Shown: piece by piece, positions 44,600 to 58,129 of the stretch
Layout of the letters: each line of letters opens with the position of its first letter
How positions within the stretch are numbered: position 1 is the stretch's first letter
From: Chrysomallon squamiferum
Taxonomy: Eukaryota > Animalia > Mollusca
Length of the DNA: 64,000 nt
Reading direction: 5' to 3'
Assembly (NCBI GenBank): GCA_012295275.1
Contig: CM022667.1
Location: 21,018,001 to 21,082,000 of the forward strand
Made by a program: the position numbers and the translations under genes
Notes under the pieces: generated by a model
The model's input: the letters and a program-made list of their open reading frames with translations, nothing else
The model's database searches: none
Told to the model about the DNA's origin: nothing

Positions 44600-47500
44600 G
44601 ACAAATGTTTTTTCTTCTCACCTTTGAAACATGAATTTCAAACAAGTTGTGTCCTTTTTCCAGATGGATAGTTTCATCAAATTCAACAGCAGCTTCCTTC
44701 AATAAAAAATTTATCATATATTAATGAACATGTCACTTTGTAACAGCAAGGAGGAGTCAGTTTAGTTATTTTAATTATTATCTATGTAATAAATATTCTT
44801 CATTGCCTCAGAAAATAAACTGATCTGAATTACAAACGAGACTTGTAATCTGAAACTATTAATAGACAAATTTTGTCCTAATGTGTTTTTATTATTAGCT
44901 TCCTGCACACTTTATGTTCAGTCTTCTGCTCTCTATATGTATCAGAAATTTCACATTACATGTTTTTAAAATATTATTATTCTGTCAAACTGAACTATGC
45001 ATGTTTATGTATGTATCTGAGCAAGGCAAAATGTTTCTGTCTATCAGTCCATGCCATATCTATTTGTCCTGAAGCCTTTTGATTATGATGTCATCTGTAT
45101 TTGTCCCGGCCTGTAAATCTTAAGTTAAAAACCGAGTAAAATGACAAGTGATAATAAATATCATGCTCTTCCTCTGTTTTGTTGATCTGCTTTTTCAGAG
45201 CAAATAACATTTCACCTTAGCTGAATCTTTTGACAAAATTTTTAATAATGTCACTAGATAGTATTCTATTTTACTAACTATAGATGTACACTATTATACA
45301 ATATTATTAATTTTCCTTTTCCAAACCATTAATTACCATAACCTCTCACTTAATTTTTTTGTAGCCTGATTCACAGACAAAAAAAAGAAAAGAAAGAAAA
45401 ATGGATCATTGTTTATGTAATAATGTCCTTTTAAAATTATTTCAAGTATTATGGTTTCCTACTATGGCTTGTGTTAGATCACATACTGACATCACAGCCA
45501 GTCTGAATTCAATAGGTTAACTAACAATTAATATGGTGTTTTGCTTCCAGTAACTGCCGATTGAAAAATTATTTCAATTACAGAACTGAGCATATGCTTT
45601 GGATTGAATTAATATAAAAAGTAAAATGGGCAAAATGTTTTGAAAAAGATAAGGAATCAGTAATGAACTGACAAAAAGGGGTTTACCCCATCTGATAAAA
45701 ACTTACATCTTCTGTAGGAGGAAGGATCTTGAACTGTCGTGTACCATAAGCAACATCTCTGAGTTGTGCTTCCAGTTTCTAAAACATTTGAAAGAAGCCA
45801 ATATTTTATTTGCAAATTAATAATATCTGTATTTGAAAATTTTTCACTGACTTTTTGTTTTATTCCATTCAATCTTTTTATATATATTATTATAAACATT
45901 ATTTCTCAAAATACAGACATGAAACTATCTTCCCTAAACCTTTTTCTTGGTGAAAACTAAAATTTTGGAAGCTTTTTAATAGAGCAAACAGATGAAATTT
46001 GCTGCCTTTTTCATACTATTTCTTTATTCATCAAGAAAAACAAAATGAAACCTTGATTCGTGCAGCTCTGATGTCAAGTAGTCTGGCATATTCATCCAGT
46101 TTCATCTCATATTCTTGCTTAAATTCATCCATTCTTGAAGCTGCTAGGTCAACCTGAAAACAAAAGATTATTTAAATGATGAACAAATATCCATAACTGT
46201 CTTTACATAATGGATGTTTTATTAGAAAAATTATAAATAAAAAATATAATAAAATGAAAGGAGTTAAAACTATTTTACCTCTTTCTGGTAATTTTTGTTG
46301 ATTCTGTGCTGCACAACAAGCATGTTGCGAGTCTTCTCCAACTCATGAACAGTTTCAGCATATTCTGCCTGCAGCTCAATAAGTTGTTTTTTAATATCTG
46401 AAGTCAACAGTAGCAAGAAAGCAAATATAAAACATCTAAACACTTCAAAGAAACTAAGAAAAAGAAGAATTATAATGAAAAGTGAAATAGTTGTAAACAC
46501 TTGACAGAAAATAAATGATTTAATAAAATATGGATTGTTTGTGTAAACACAGATATTTTTATATTTTCAGTCAGTAGAGAAACTATTAGAGTTTAAGACA
46601 ATATATCTGATGTTGTCTCTTAAAACAAACCTGAACCATTACTAACCTTTGTCCATCTCTTCATCCACTTTGTGAAGAAAGTCTACCTGTCCCTCTTCTT
46701 TCTGCTTCCTCTGTTTGACAAGTACAAGAGCTTCCTCTACCTCAGTGAAATCCACTGCACTTTCCTGTGAAGAATATTTTTAAATGTTAAATTTTCTGTA
46801 ACAGTTAAAATAATGTACCATTTATCATAAATTCAGATTGTTAATGCAACAACTACAAGGTCAATACTAATGTTTGTGTTTTTGTACATTTATAAAAGTT
46901 GACCTTTCCAGTGAAAGATTTCTTTTTTATAGTGCAGTGGAAAACATTTGTTGTGTTATAATGTTATTTTAATTATAATAAACATAATAATTTAATACTG
47001 TTGACCCTTGATTTCTTGGTCCTTGTTTTTCCAGATTTTGGGAAATATCTAATCAGGAAAATTCACAAAATTTGTTACCTCTAGGTATTATTAAGTTTCC
47101 AATATTTTTCTTCAGATATATTCTATTTGTTTACACTGTATGTTGTTCTTACATAACTCTGTACTAAAGTTTAATGATTTGATAAATTTTAGGTTAATGT
47201 TTACATTTGCATTTACCAGACTGGTGTGTCAACGGAATATAATGAGCTGACATTAATCAGTGATATAAGCTATACCTTAGTGAAGAATTTCATCTTCTCC
47301 TCAAGATCATCATACTGCTCCTTCAACTGAAAATATCTTATCTGCATTTCACGGAACTCCTGCTGCATCTTTTCATTGGAATCTATAGAACATATCCAAC
47401 AATTTCATTAATAACTTCTCACATGACTGAATGAACAGTATTAAAAATCAGAAATTGAAAGTGAATAAAAACAAGATACATTTGTAAGAAACAGTTTGAT

Positions 47501-50500
47501 ACATTTAGTATTAATAGTGTTATGTACTCTGACCTCTTTCAGCTGCATATCTGTCAATAATGCTCCCTTTTTCACCAAGGTCTGATTTCAAAGTGGCTTC
47601 CAGTTGAGCTATTTGAACTTTCAATGCATTCTCTCTTTGGCGCCATTCTCGTTCCCTTTCTAAGTCAAAGGCACTGAATAAAAACATTAAAAAGAAACAA
47701 GTTTAAACATTTATAAAAAGTGATTATGTCAATATCTGGAAAGTAACATCAGTGATACAACATATAGCCAGTGCAACAGATAAATTATTTATTGTTTTTT
47801 TTTATATATTTTGTTAGCTCAGTGAATTCTTCTTTTAAGTTAATAAGACAAAATTATAATAGAACCAGATTTATTGATTTAGCAAAACAGTATCTGACTT
47901 ACCTGCTGACAAGTTTTTCATTGGCTTCTTTCAAAATGTGATTTTCTCTTTGAAGATCCTGAACTTGTTCTTGTAACTTAAAAACAATTTAATAATCTTC
48001 TTGTCTCAACATGCATTTGAAAATAATTATAACCATGACAAATAAAAGGATACAGATACCTCCATTCTTTTTTATTTCACTGGATTTTCAGTGTGTTTTG
48101 GGAGATTGTATAACCTGTACTACTAATGTCAGTTTCAAGATCTTTCAATAACATAATAAACATGGTTTAAAAGAAATGAATTTATAGACAGTTTATGTTT
48201 ATGAATGAATAAAATAATAAATAATGGGTCAGTTTAGTTTAAAAGATAAAGAGGATCATGGATTAAATTAAATGCTTTCTAATAATGTATTAAAATGTAT
48301 ATATTTTGACACAAACCTCTAGGACTTTCTTCTGAGACGACCGACTGTTCTCTAGCTCATTTCTAAAGATAAGTATTTTGTTTTCTTCTTCCTTCAACTG
48401 CATGTTTAAACTTTCCATCTCAACCAGCAGCTGGTCATGACTTCGTTTCAGCACCCGTGTATTCTAATCAATATTAAACATTTCTTCAGTTAGCATTTCT
48501 AGAAAACTATAAGCACATCAACATTCTGATTTACCATTAAAAGAAATACCCAAAAATGTTTTATGGAAATAACTGTGGAAAGAATAGCTTAAAATCTAAA
48601 ATCAGAAGGATATAAATCAGAAGGAAACAATTTAGTTATTGCACAGACAGTAATAGTAAAGATAATTTATAAATACCTCTTCCAAATTTTTGTATTTTTC
48701 TTCAAGGTCAGCAATGTGTGCAGACTTCTCCTTCACTGATCTCTGAAGTTTTATCATGTCCACATTCTCTTGCAGACTTACCCTGAAAATAAAAACAAAT
48801 CATTTGTATATGGTAATTAAAATTAAAAAAATACTCTAACTTCAATTTATAAAATAAAAATATCTTACTTTTGTTCAGCTGTCATCTGTTGTTTAAGTTT
48901 CAAGATGTCTTCTTCAAATTCTGCTTCCCGCATTCGAACCTAGAAAGAGAAATACATTAGATGGCAAGATTATTATTTGTGGTGATTATATATAAATTTA
49001 TATCACTTATCTAGATATATATATATATATATATATATAGATAAGTGATATAAATTTTATTAAACTTTATTACTATTAATCTGTATTTATATGGAAACAG
49101 ATTGAAATGAAATACATTAAGAAAAGTTAAATCAGGCAAGAAAAATGGTTAAGAAATACAGATAAACAAATTTCACACCTGTTCTTTTAATTCTTCTATT
49201 TCCATTTCATAAACATTCAGTTTCTCAGAAAGCTCAGCAATATACTGTTCACTGAAAAAACAAAATTTTTAAAATTTTCATACTAAAAAATAAAAAACTG
49301 GTGTCATGCATTAAAAAACAAAGTATAATGTCAGAAGTGAAACTGGAATAGGAAAGCTAATGATGAAAATCAAGTTTTGGTTTTGAAATGTAAGACAAAA
49401 GGCATATTATTAATCTGAAATCTTAAATAATGTTAAACTAAAATCATGCAAAGTATCAGATTTCACGATCAGTTCTTTAACTGAACATTAACATATCAAA
49501 ATACCACTTTGAATTGATATGAAAAACAAATCACCCTCCAAAACCTTGGGGCATATTACATATACACAATTAGGAAATATATTTATTTTAAAAGTTACCA
49601 AACTCAGTAATAAATAACAGATCTGGTAACATGTACACATGAAATATTGTAAGTAGAAAAGAGAGTTCAAATAATAAAACTAATTTACTATTGTCTCTTA
49701 TCTGAATGTCTTTCTTCCAGAGTTCCACGGTCATATCGTTGCAATGTTGGGCTATGAACTACATGGCTATAAAAACAGTTAAAGAGATTTAAATATTTAA
49801 TGAGTAACTTAATTATGAAGTAACAATCTTTTCATCAATATCAAAATGATATCAAAATGATTATAATAATGAATGAAAAGTTCTGGTGCAAAAGATCACA
49901 ATGCCTTCATTAACAAACTTGAGATAACGGAATCAAAAAGGTAAATTTTTGTTAAAACTATTTTATTATTATACTTATTTCATAATTAACAAATTTAGGG
50001 AGACTATTACTTGTAGAGTAAAAACATACCGATGGCTTAAGGCAGAAGGACCCATTACTCTTATATCTTTTCTAAGTCGTGGATCTGGTGACACAGTGGA
50101 GAGATGTTGAATACCCTGAAAATATGCACTATGAATTAATAATCAGCCAGTCAAATATTTAGTTTATTACATATATTAAGCTGCAAAAAAAGAAAAAAAA
50201 ACCCAGAAAGTCTGCAAACGCAATCTTTATTCATTTTTGTATTCAGAAGTGTTGATGTGAACTGTTTTTAGTACTTACAGTATCTATTCGAGCCTGAACG
50301 TGAGTTAATCCTGGTGGCATTGGTCTTTTTAATGCAGAGTCAAGCTGCTGTCTTGTCACTTGCAGCTGCAAAATATAAAACATTTGTCTGCTATGAAAAT
50401 GTATTTCTCAGGTAAAATAGTTTCAAAATATAAACCATTTTTTATTTATTAAAATAATAGTAATAATAAAAAAATAAAAACAATAAATGATCCAGAGAAA

Positions 50501-51625
50501 AAAAAAAAAAAAAAAATTATAGAAAATAAATTTACCTTTTCCTTCAGCTGAGAATTTATTTTCTCAAGCTCACTGATTCTTGATTCTAATTCAGCAGTCC
50601 TAGCTTCTGTCTCAATATTAAGATTTTTTCTAACCATACCTAATTTAAAACATATATTGTAAACTAGAAATATCAAACAAGTTTCTGCAAAATATTAGTA
50701 TGTTATGGGAAAAATTTCTAATAAACTGAGAACATTATTATTATTTTTTTAAATAATTTCTTTTTTTAAATTGATTTTTCTACCATTTTTATTTTATAAA
50801 AACTGTTATTTAAATAAAAACCCAACAATTTCCTGATAACAAGGCTCAGTTTTAAAAAGTAAATATAAGTATGAAAACTGTCAGTACTATTCTTTATATA
50901 GTCATAGTTTAAATAATGTATTAAATTATTTATGACTTTAGTTATAATAATTTTAAATAATGTATAGTTAATTAGTCAATAAAATTTTATGAAATACCTC
51001 CATCAATCTTCTTCTTATCATTAACCAAGCGTAGAAGTTTTGTTGCCATTCTAAAATAATAACAAATGAATAAACAATTTGATAAAAATGATAAGTCAAA
51101 TATATTATTATTCACAAATACTAAAGAAGAAATACCAAGGAATTACAGAAAATGTATCATACAAAATGATATTTGCTTTATTCTAGGAAAACATTTTACC
51201 TTTTTATTTTGTCTTCTTGCTTCCTTGCATGTCTTTTCAAGATGATGTTCTCTTCATAAATTCGAAGATATTTGTCTTCTAAGTCTTCACGTTTCCATTT
51301 TGAAACCATTCGGTGATTCTGCATAAATTTTTGATCTAAAAAACAGTAATAAGCTACTTTTATTTAAAGATTATACAATTATATTAAAATGACAAAAAAT
51401 ATTTTTTTCCACTTTAAATTTTCTTTTCTCTTTAGTATAAATATTGAATTCTCTCTTAATCAATGTTTTTTTTGTGTTTTTTTTTTATATTCTATAATTA
51501 TAATGGTATATAGTAAAAATAAAGTAACGACAAACTAGGATAAAAAAAATACCTAAATCATAGTCTAAATTTTTTGGTTTCCTGTTTTCCATATCTCTGA
51601 CTGGAATTAAGTCCTGATCCGCCAT
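34141..51625 (-). CDS. RPGRIP1L: RPGRIP1-like protein (fantom/MKS5/NPHP8), ciliary transition-zone scaffold, about 1331 aa
   Basis: 37 phase-consistent exons: 51553-51625, 51200-51335, 50998-51050, 50536-50639, 50279-50365, 50030-50115, 49689-49766, 49179-49251, 48869-48939, 48677-48782, 48317-48463, 47903-47976, 47534-47673, 47276-47382, 46647-46764, 46279-46397, 46052-46153, 45707-45778, 44622-44696, 44328-44443, 44003-44072, 43492-43621, 43225-43319, 42619-42778, 42009-42163, 41507-41725, 41033-41194, 40602-40719, 39596-39718, 37449-37496, 36194-36222, 35909-35951, 35600-35781, 35048-35240, 34736-34820, 34457-34590, 34141-34253. Motifs: [44 protein letters not shown], coiled coils, [14 protein letters not shown]2 domains ([33 protein letters not shown]), and the C-terminal C2/RID ([20 protein letters not shown]). 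The small linker exons are less certain. Confidence 0.95.
36345..36745. repeat. Imperfect ~180-bp tandem duplication in an RPGRIP1L intron
   Basis: TTTTACATRTGATRTGTAACCTATTTTAATAAATTA.TTCAAACTT occurs at ~36424 and ~36599; AGAAATGC blocks recur at ~36373, ~36528 and ~36719. Confidence 0.75.
48994..49057. repeat. AT-rich palindrome centred on (AT)n
   Basis: Perfect 20-bp arms AAATTTATATCACTTATCTA (48994-49013) and TAGATAAGTGATATAAATTT (49038-49057) surround a self-complementary (AT)n core. Confidence 0.92.
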
Positions 51626-52150
51626 GATGTTTTCCTTTAACTGCTATTGCATCCAAATTGTTCTTTACTGACGTTCCAGTAGATTAAAATGAATTTTCAC
51701 CGTTCTGGAAATAAAAAAAATGCATTTAAGATTAAATATTTTCAGTGTAGATTTCATTTACCGTTTTACTCACTTCATATTTTCTTTACTTTGCTTTTTG
51801 AATACATTCCGATATGTAAACAGTAAAGCAACCTATGTTCATGGTTGCATGTTTGGACCTGTTTTGTTATTTAATGGCAGTATATATAATTATATTACTT
51901 ATTTAAAAAAAACCCATTAACATACCAGCAAGATAAAAATATTCAAATATACTCTCCAGTAGTAATACATTTTCAAATATTTACTTTATTTTGATAATAC
52001 TTTAGAAATATTATACAAAAATTTAAAAAGTATTGGTGCAAAATATTCATAGTTACGGGTATTACAGTAACTTAGGCTATCGTCGTACCGAAAACGTCCA
52101 GCGATTCCAAATGAAATATCCCGGTAGTAACATTACAGTGGCGAGAAGGT
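51626..52150 (-). other. Probable RPGRIP1L 5' UTR with a non-coding first exon
   Basis: Acceptor (TTTTATTTCCAG) near 51705 upstream of the ATG. Candidate donor CG|GTACGA near 52088 in a locally CpG-rich stretch. Confidence 0.45.
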
Positions 52151-52545
52151 TGAAAGTCTTACACATAAAATAATTAATAAGGATACCACAGCTTTCATAA
52201 TATTTTCAGTGGATTTCTTTTATTCTAGTTTGTTATTATTTTTATACTTTTGTTTATTTCTATAAATATGCACGAAAGATCACATCCAGAAGGGCAGTAA
52301 CTCTTGAAAGGAAAACACGAATTATTTAGGCCGATTCGTTGATTCAGATGTAATACGTTCTTGTATCGGCCCACTTGTTAATTTCCCAGCAATAATTTCA
52401 TAAAGTTAATGCGATCAAAAGCATTTAACCACAGAATTCAAATAATTTTTGTTTTCTTCAGATCAATATTTGAATTATTTCCTAATTTATATTAAAATAT
52501 TTTTGGGTTTTTTTTTCGTCCCAAAAGATAATCCGAAGTAAGGAA

Positions 52546-52609
<64 letters not shown>

Positions 52610-54694
52610 AATTATAATAATAAAAAAAAAAAAAAAAAAAAAAGAGGGAGTCTTGGAGAAACAGAATATTTCTAATTGTTTTTAGTGGGGTTTTTTAACG
52701 TTCTTTTGATTGCCATTATCACTGAGAAGCAAGTAATAACACTGCAAACGTGACCAATAGTAGATGTCACAGATCTGTTTATAGTTACATCACAACTGAG
52801 AATCATATAAAACCAGACATAAGGGAGAACGAAATAGAAGAAGAAAAAGAAACTAAAATATTTCCTAATGAATTTCAAAAGAATGTTTTTCAAAACTGAA
52901 ATTTGGACCCACTTGCTTTGTTATTTGGAACTTAACAAAAAAAACCCAGTAATTTAAATAAAGTGTCTAATGTATTGAAATATTTCCATTTGTTATAAAT
53001 TTGTAAATCTCTAAGTCTTTTAGGTTTTTAATTTATTATTAATTGATAAAAAAAAAAAAAAAATGAATCTTTAAGCATCTTTATAATATCTCTGGCATAT
53101 CCATTTATCACTTGAGAAACAATTGTCTATATTTAAATAGACATAAATTTACTGTCATCCCCCATCTGCCGTGACTTTGAGAAACTCTCTCTAATGAAAA
53201 CAGATAATAAAATTACCCAAATAAACTATGTTGCTGGGTATGTTATTTAGGATTTTTAGGTTTCTTATACATTTATTTTGTTTTTTAAATTTCTGTCAAT
53301 GTGTAGAACATTGTAAATACATCAGCCAGTGACCATGTGAACTGTTTATTATTTTTCAATAGTAGTATTTTCATAATGTTATGGTGTCCTTTTTGTCATG
53401 GACCCCATTCATCTGAAAAGCTGGATCTGCCCCAGTGTTGGTACCAGTATATTGCCAAACACTCGTTTTCTGGATATGTGTTAACTTGAAGCATGTACTT
53501 GCATATACACAGTAACGTCTGTTCAGAAACTGTTATGCAATTCAGAATGAGGTTTTTATTCATTCCAGTATTTTAATTATTTTGAAATGATAAAACCTTA
53601 CCTGCCCCAAAAATTTCAAGTACTTCAGTAACTTCATAAATAAAAATATCATCATTCCCTTCCCTTTCCTTGAATTTTATAATGCAAAATACCATATTTT
53701 GTGTGAAATAATGAGTAAAAGACAAAGAAGAAAGTGTTAAGAGAGTGATACAAAATGAGGATGTTCAGTTTGCTCAGAAGAGGAACTGTAAACACATTTT
53801 GTCAATTTTTATTAATACTAATAAATACTGGTAACAATAAATATGCACATAACTAAAAACAGAATTTTTGAAATTTATATTTCTGTTATTTGGAATAGAA
53901 GTCTTATATTTTAATATAAAAGTTAAAATTTAATTTCCTGAGAGTTTAATTGAAGAAAAGAAAATGTTATAGAAATTGTATACATTACATTTTTTTTTAT
54001 CTGAATCTTTAGGCATCTTCTTGTTACAACTTCAAATGTAACAAATATTATTATATTATTAACAATTACAATGAATACCAATAAACACACACATGTGTTA
54101 GAAAATATGATTATTGTTATTTAGATATATTCTGATATTCATTTTAAAGGATAGTAAATAGTAAATTTCTAGTATCCAGAAGTATTCTCTGAGATACATA
54201 TTACAGATACATTTCTTTTTCTAGATAGCACTAACATCCTGGTGAATTGATTAATTCTGTTTTTAAAAAACAACTCAAACACATATTAATAAAAACATCT
54301 TTGTTTGTAAATATTGGTCAGCTTACATACTGGTAGATTGAATTGAATTTAGTTTTCTGATAATGAATATTATTATCAAGAATACACTGAAACAACCACT
54401 GGACAAATACATACATATAGATACGTAGATAGATAGATAAATGATGATGGCTAAAATGAGGGAAAAATCTTTAATTAGATACTGCAAAGATTTAAATAAT
54501 AAGAATAAAAAAGAAATCCTGTAATAATGAAACTGATTAAATAATAATGACAATAAATATTTAGCATGATATATTATCACAGTTTGCGAAGATTTGTGCT
54601 TGTTACAATAATGATGTCACTAACACTGATTACATATGTTCAATGTCACAGTTATTACATGTAGTTACCAATCAACTGTTGTACCTCTTTTAAG

Positions 54695-57171
54695 TTATTT
54701 TAATCTTAATAGTTTTGATTTCTGTCTCTTTGTACATTCAGTATCAGTGAGAGATTTTTTTCTATTTGACAGGTAAGTTTTTCCTGGTATAAGTAAATTT
54801 CTGCTACTTGGGCTGCTGGGTTTTGCTGGAGGCATTGGAGAAGGAGCCACACCTAGTTTTTCAAATTCTTTAATAACTGCAGGATCTAAATTATTTACAG
54901 ATTTTGGTCTAAGATCTTTAGGCTTTGCTGAATTCTGTCCTCTACTGTAGGTCGCAAAACCAGACCTTGGACGTCCCATTATTAAATTGTTAGCATTTAT
55001 TAATTTAGCATTATGTTTTGCTTGACAAGTTTGACATATCTGAGTTGGAGGTTTCAGATACAGTTTTATTTCTTCTTCTCTGTCATGGCGCATGTGGTCA
55101 TCATAAGAGGTTTCTTGGCAACTTCCTTCACACAACGGTTGTCGACACAATGTACATACATTTGACCTTATTTTCTTTTCAGGGCAGTCACCAACACATG
55201 CAGGCTGAACACAGGTACTACAACACTTTCCATCATGTGCTTTTGCACTACTTTCATGTATTCGCCTGATTTGTTTGAGACGCTTTATCTCCCACTCTTC
55301 TGTTTCTAACTGATTCTTCTCTATCTCTATAATTCTGTCTAAGAACTTTTCTAAAAGAATTTCTTTTGGTTTAGTTTTAATGATCTCTCTCCATTCATAG
55401 CTATGCTTAGCAATCAATTTCAAATCAAGTTTATTGAATGGTTCTGGAATAGGATTAATGAATTCATATGGTGGTATCTCAGAATTTTCGGCATCAAAAT
55501 CAAATTGTTTTGGGTCTTTCTTGTCTACTGGAACATATATTGCATCTAGTTTTTCCAGTCTTATAAGTATATTTTTAGACTCTGGCTGCTTACTGCCAAA
55601 AAGGACATCCATTTCTCTGGATGTGTCATCATCATCATCTAGATCACTTGCTGTTTTGTCAGTACAACTTGCATTGTCATTATCTGGAATGCCTTCTCCT
55701 TTCTCAAAATTGTCACCAAATGATAAAATAGATTTCCCTGGATCAATCAGGTTACTCAAAATTGATGGAGTTAGTGCATCAAAGTTGCCTTGATTTACTT
55801 CAGAAGCTTCACACTTCATGCTCCTTTGAGAGTTAGCTGTAGAAGGTCGAACAGGACGGTGAGATGCTGCACTGTAACATCTACTACTGCGTGGATCAGA
55901 ATGAGATTTTCTAAAACACAGAAACAAATAGAGAAAATTATTTTAAAAATACAAATTTATGGTATTCATTTACACTGACAAAGTACAGATGAAAATAATA
56001 TAAAATGTATTTAAATGATTTGATCTCTACTCTTCGTATGTTTATAAATAAAAATATTTAAGTCTTATGTAATTGTTTTGATGTTAACTAAGAGTGGGCA
56101 GATTATGGCTTTTTTTGAAGTAACCACAGTAATTATAAATAAATTATCAATGAGTGTTTGATATGTACCTATCTTGACAAGTTAGAGATATTAGTTTTGA
56201 TACAATAAAAAGTATTTCAATTACAGATAATGTAATAATCCATTGGGCCACTGATGAGGACTGATCTTGTGACTTACAATACTGATATACCAGTGACCCA
56301 CAGCACTTTAAAAGAAACCACACAGGTAATGCAGACAAATTCTAAACATTTCCTCTTAACATATATGTTAAGAAGTACTCCAAATACTTTAAAGTTATGT
56401 GTACTGATGTTTGCTGTCCAACCTTAACTGAAAATCGAATGTAAGAGAAGAGCCATTTTTTGGCAGTTGTGACATCATACTACATAGATAAATTTGTTCT
56501 AATAAATGGGAGACATTCCAATTTATCACTGATGAAATTTCAAATAATCACCTTCTTCTCTTCCAGTTTCCACTTAAGGGTCGGCATCTGGTAACTGTGG
56601 TTTTTAATTCATTATGAGTTAGAGGTAGCCATTGTTTATTCTGAAATGCTTGTAAACTGGAGGTCAGATGTGCATGATATCCTTGAAAGATATCTCTATT
56701 CCCACTGTTCTGGCAGGGGCTGCATACCTTCTGAAAAATTATGGTAAATACAAAATGAAAATACAAAATGCATTTTACAGAATAAGTTTTGAGCTTCTTC
56801 CAGAAGTTAATCAAATATTAAATAATACTCCTTTCAGAAAATATAACTAATGAAAAGACATTTTATATCATATGTTAAATTAAAAAAAATTAACAGAATT
56901 AATTGACTTTATTTATAAAATTAATGATTATAACAAACTTGTTTATTATCATTTCAAAAAAGAAAAGGTAGTAAAGTTGTGATTTTCAAGACTCGGAAGT
57001 GGAAATTTTACATGGAATAAATTATCTGAAATGTCTATTTAGTTTATTATTTTCTACAATAAACCCAATTCGAATTTGTCCTCACTCATTACAGGAGTTT
57101 GTAATGCTTAAATGAATTCATTTCAGATGATTTTTGTTATTTGTGCTGCATTAAACAAATTACGCTATATG

Positions 57172-57202
<31 letters not shown>

Positions 57203-57724
57203 TTGTCAGAACAATATCATACCCAGAGGAAATATAGAATTATTTCATCTACTGTCAGGTGTTTAATCAATTTTCATTTGGAGGATTATAAATAATTTAG
57301 TGAGTAAGATGATCAAAGACAGCTACAGATTAAAGATTAATTCAGTATTTTTTATTCTTATGGAGATGAGCATTGTGAGATATTTCTGTTTAATTCCTGT
57401 CAGACAGGATACATTCAGGTTCTAGAAAACTTTCAATTTAAACTTAAAAACATTTAACACAATTCATTTGACAACAGTAGTTACCAGTTTCAAAACAGGT
57501 AAATTTGTATACCAGTTATACTAAAAACTTAATAATAATTGTATTTTTAAAGAAATTGATTGCAATAATCTAATTTGGATATTGATGCCTTTGAAGAGAT
57601 AACTAATTATGTTCTTTAACTAACTTTAAAAATACAGAATGATGGAGCAAAATAAAAAATATTTTATACAAGTTATAAGTCTTACCTCAAAAGGTGACAC
57701 TCGGAACTGATTTCTTAGATTCAT
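54695..57724 (-). CDS. FAM217-like protein with an added tandem Cys-rich motif, 477 aa
   Basis: Exons 57686-57724, 56552-56730, 54695-55910 are phase-consistent (1434 nt) and include the 410-aa ORF. The segment IRLEKLDAIY...YEFINPIPEPFNKLDLKLIA...LLEKFLDRIIEIEKNQLETEEWE parallels the vertebrate FAM217 core as recalled (LRAEEIDPVY...YPNFLPSPFSSWDLRDMA...LLGKYIDRLIQLEWLQVQTVQCE). The gene is well supported; the family call is from memory and the start codon is less certain. Confidence 0.7.
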
Positions 57725-58071
57725 TGTCTACATCTTGCATTTGTTTAGACAGCCTCTTGAAACAGACCTATCTCAAATTTCATTTTAAACTTAGATATAA
57801 ATACAGATAAATTTAAATTTAAGTTCAATCACAAGCAAATCATTTTAATTCTGCACATGCACTTATTTTGAGTTGTTTTAATTTGATGGACCTGAATAAT
57901 TAGTTATTTTACATTAAAAATAACAAGATGTGTTAAAATAAGTTAATGCTGAAGTTTGGTGTAAATCTCGATGAAAATAACTTGCACACACACACACACA
58001 CATACACACGCACAGACACAAATCTTATGCAAGAGTATTAACTATATATGATATAATAGCTGTTCGACACT

Positions 58072-58129
<58 letters not shown>

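Noticed and set aside
52050-52305. Possible RFX X-box in the RPGRIP1L promoter
   Set aside because: Only AGTAAC half-sites are visible; no convincing full palindrome by eye.
53380-53436. CTGGATCTGCCCC resembling a DNA-transposon end
   Set aside because: No matching opposite terminus or TSD found.
55018-55978. Plus-strand ORFs of 83, 119 and 62 aa
   Set aside because: Antisense shadows of the long FAM217-like exon.
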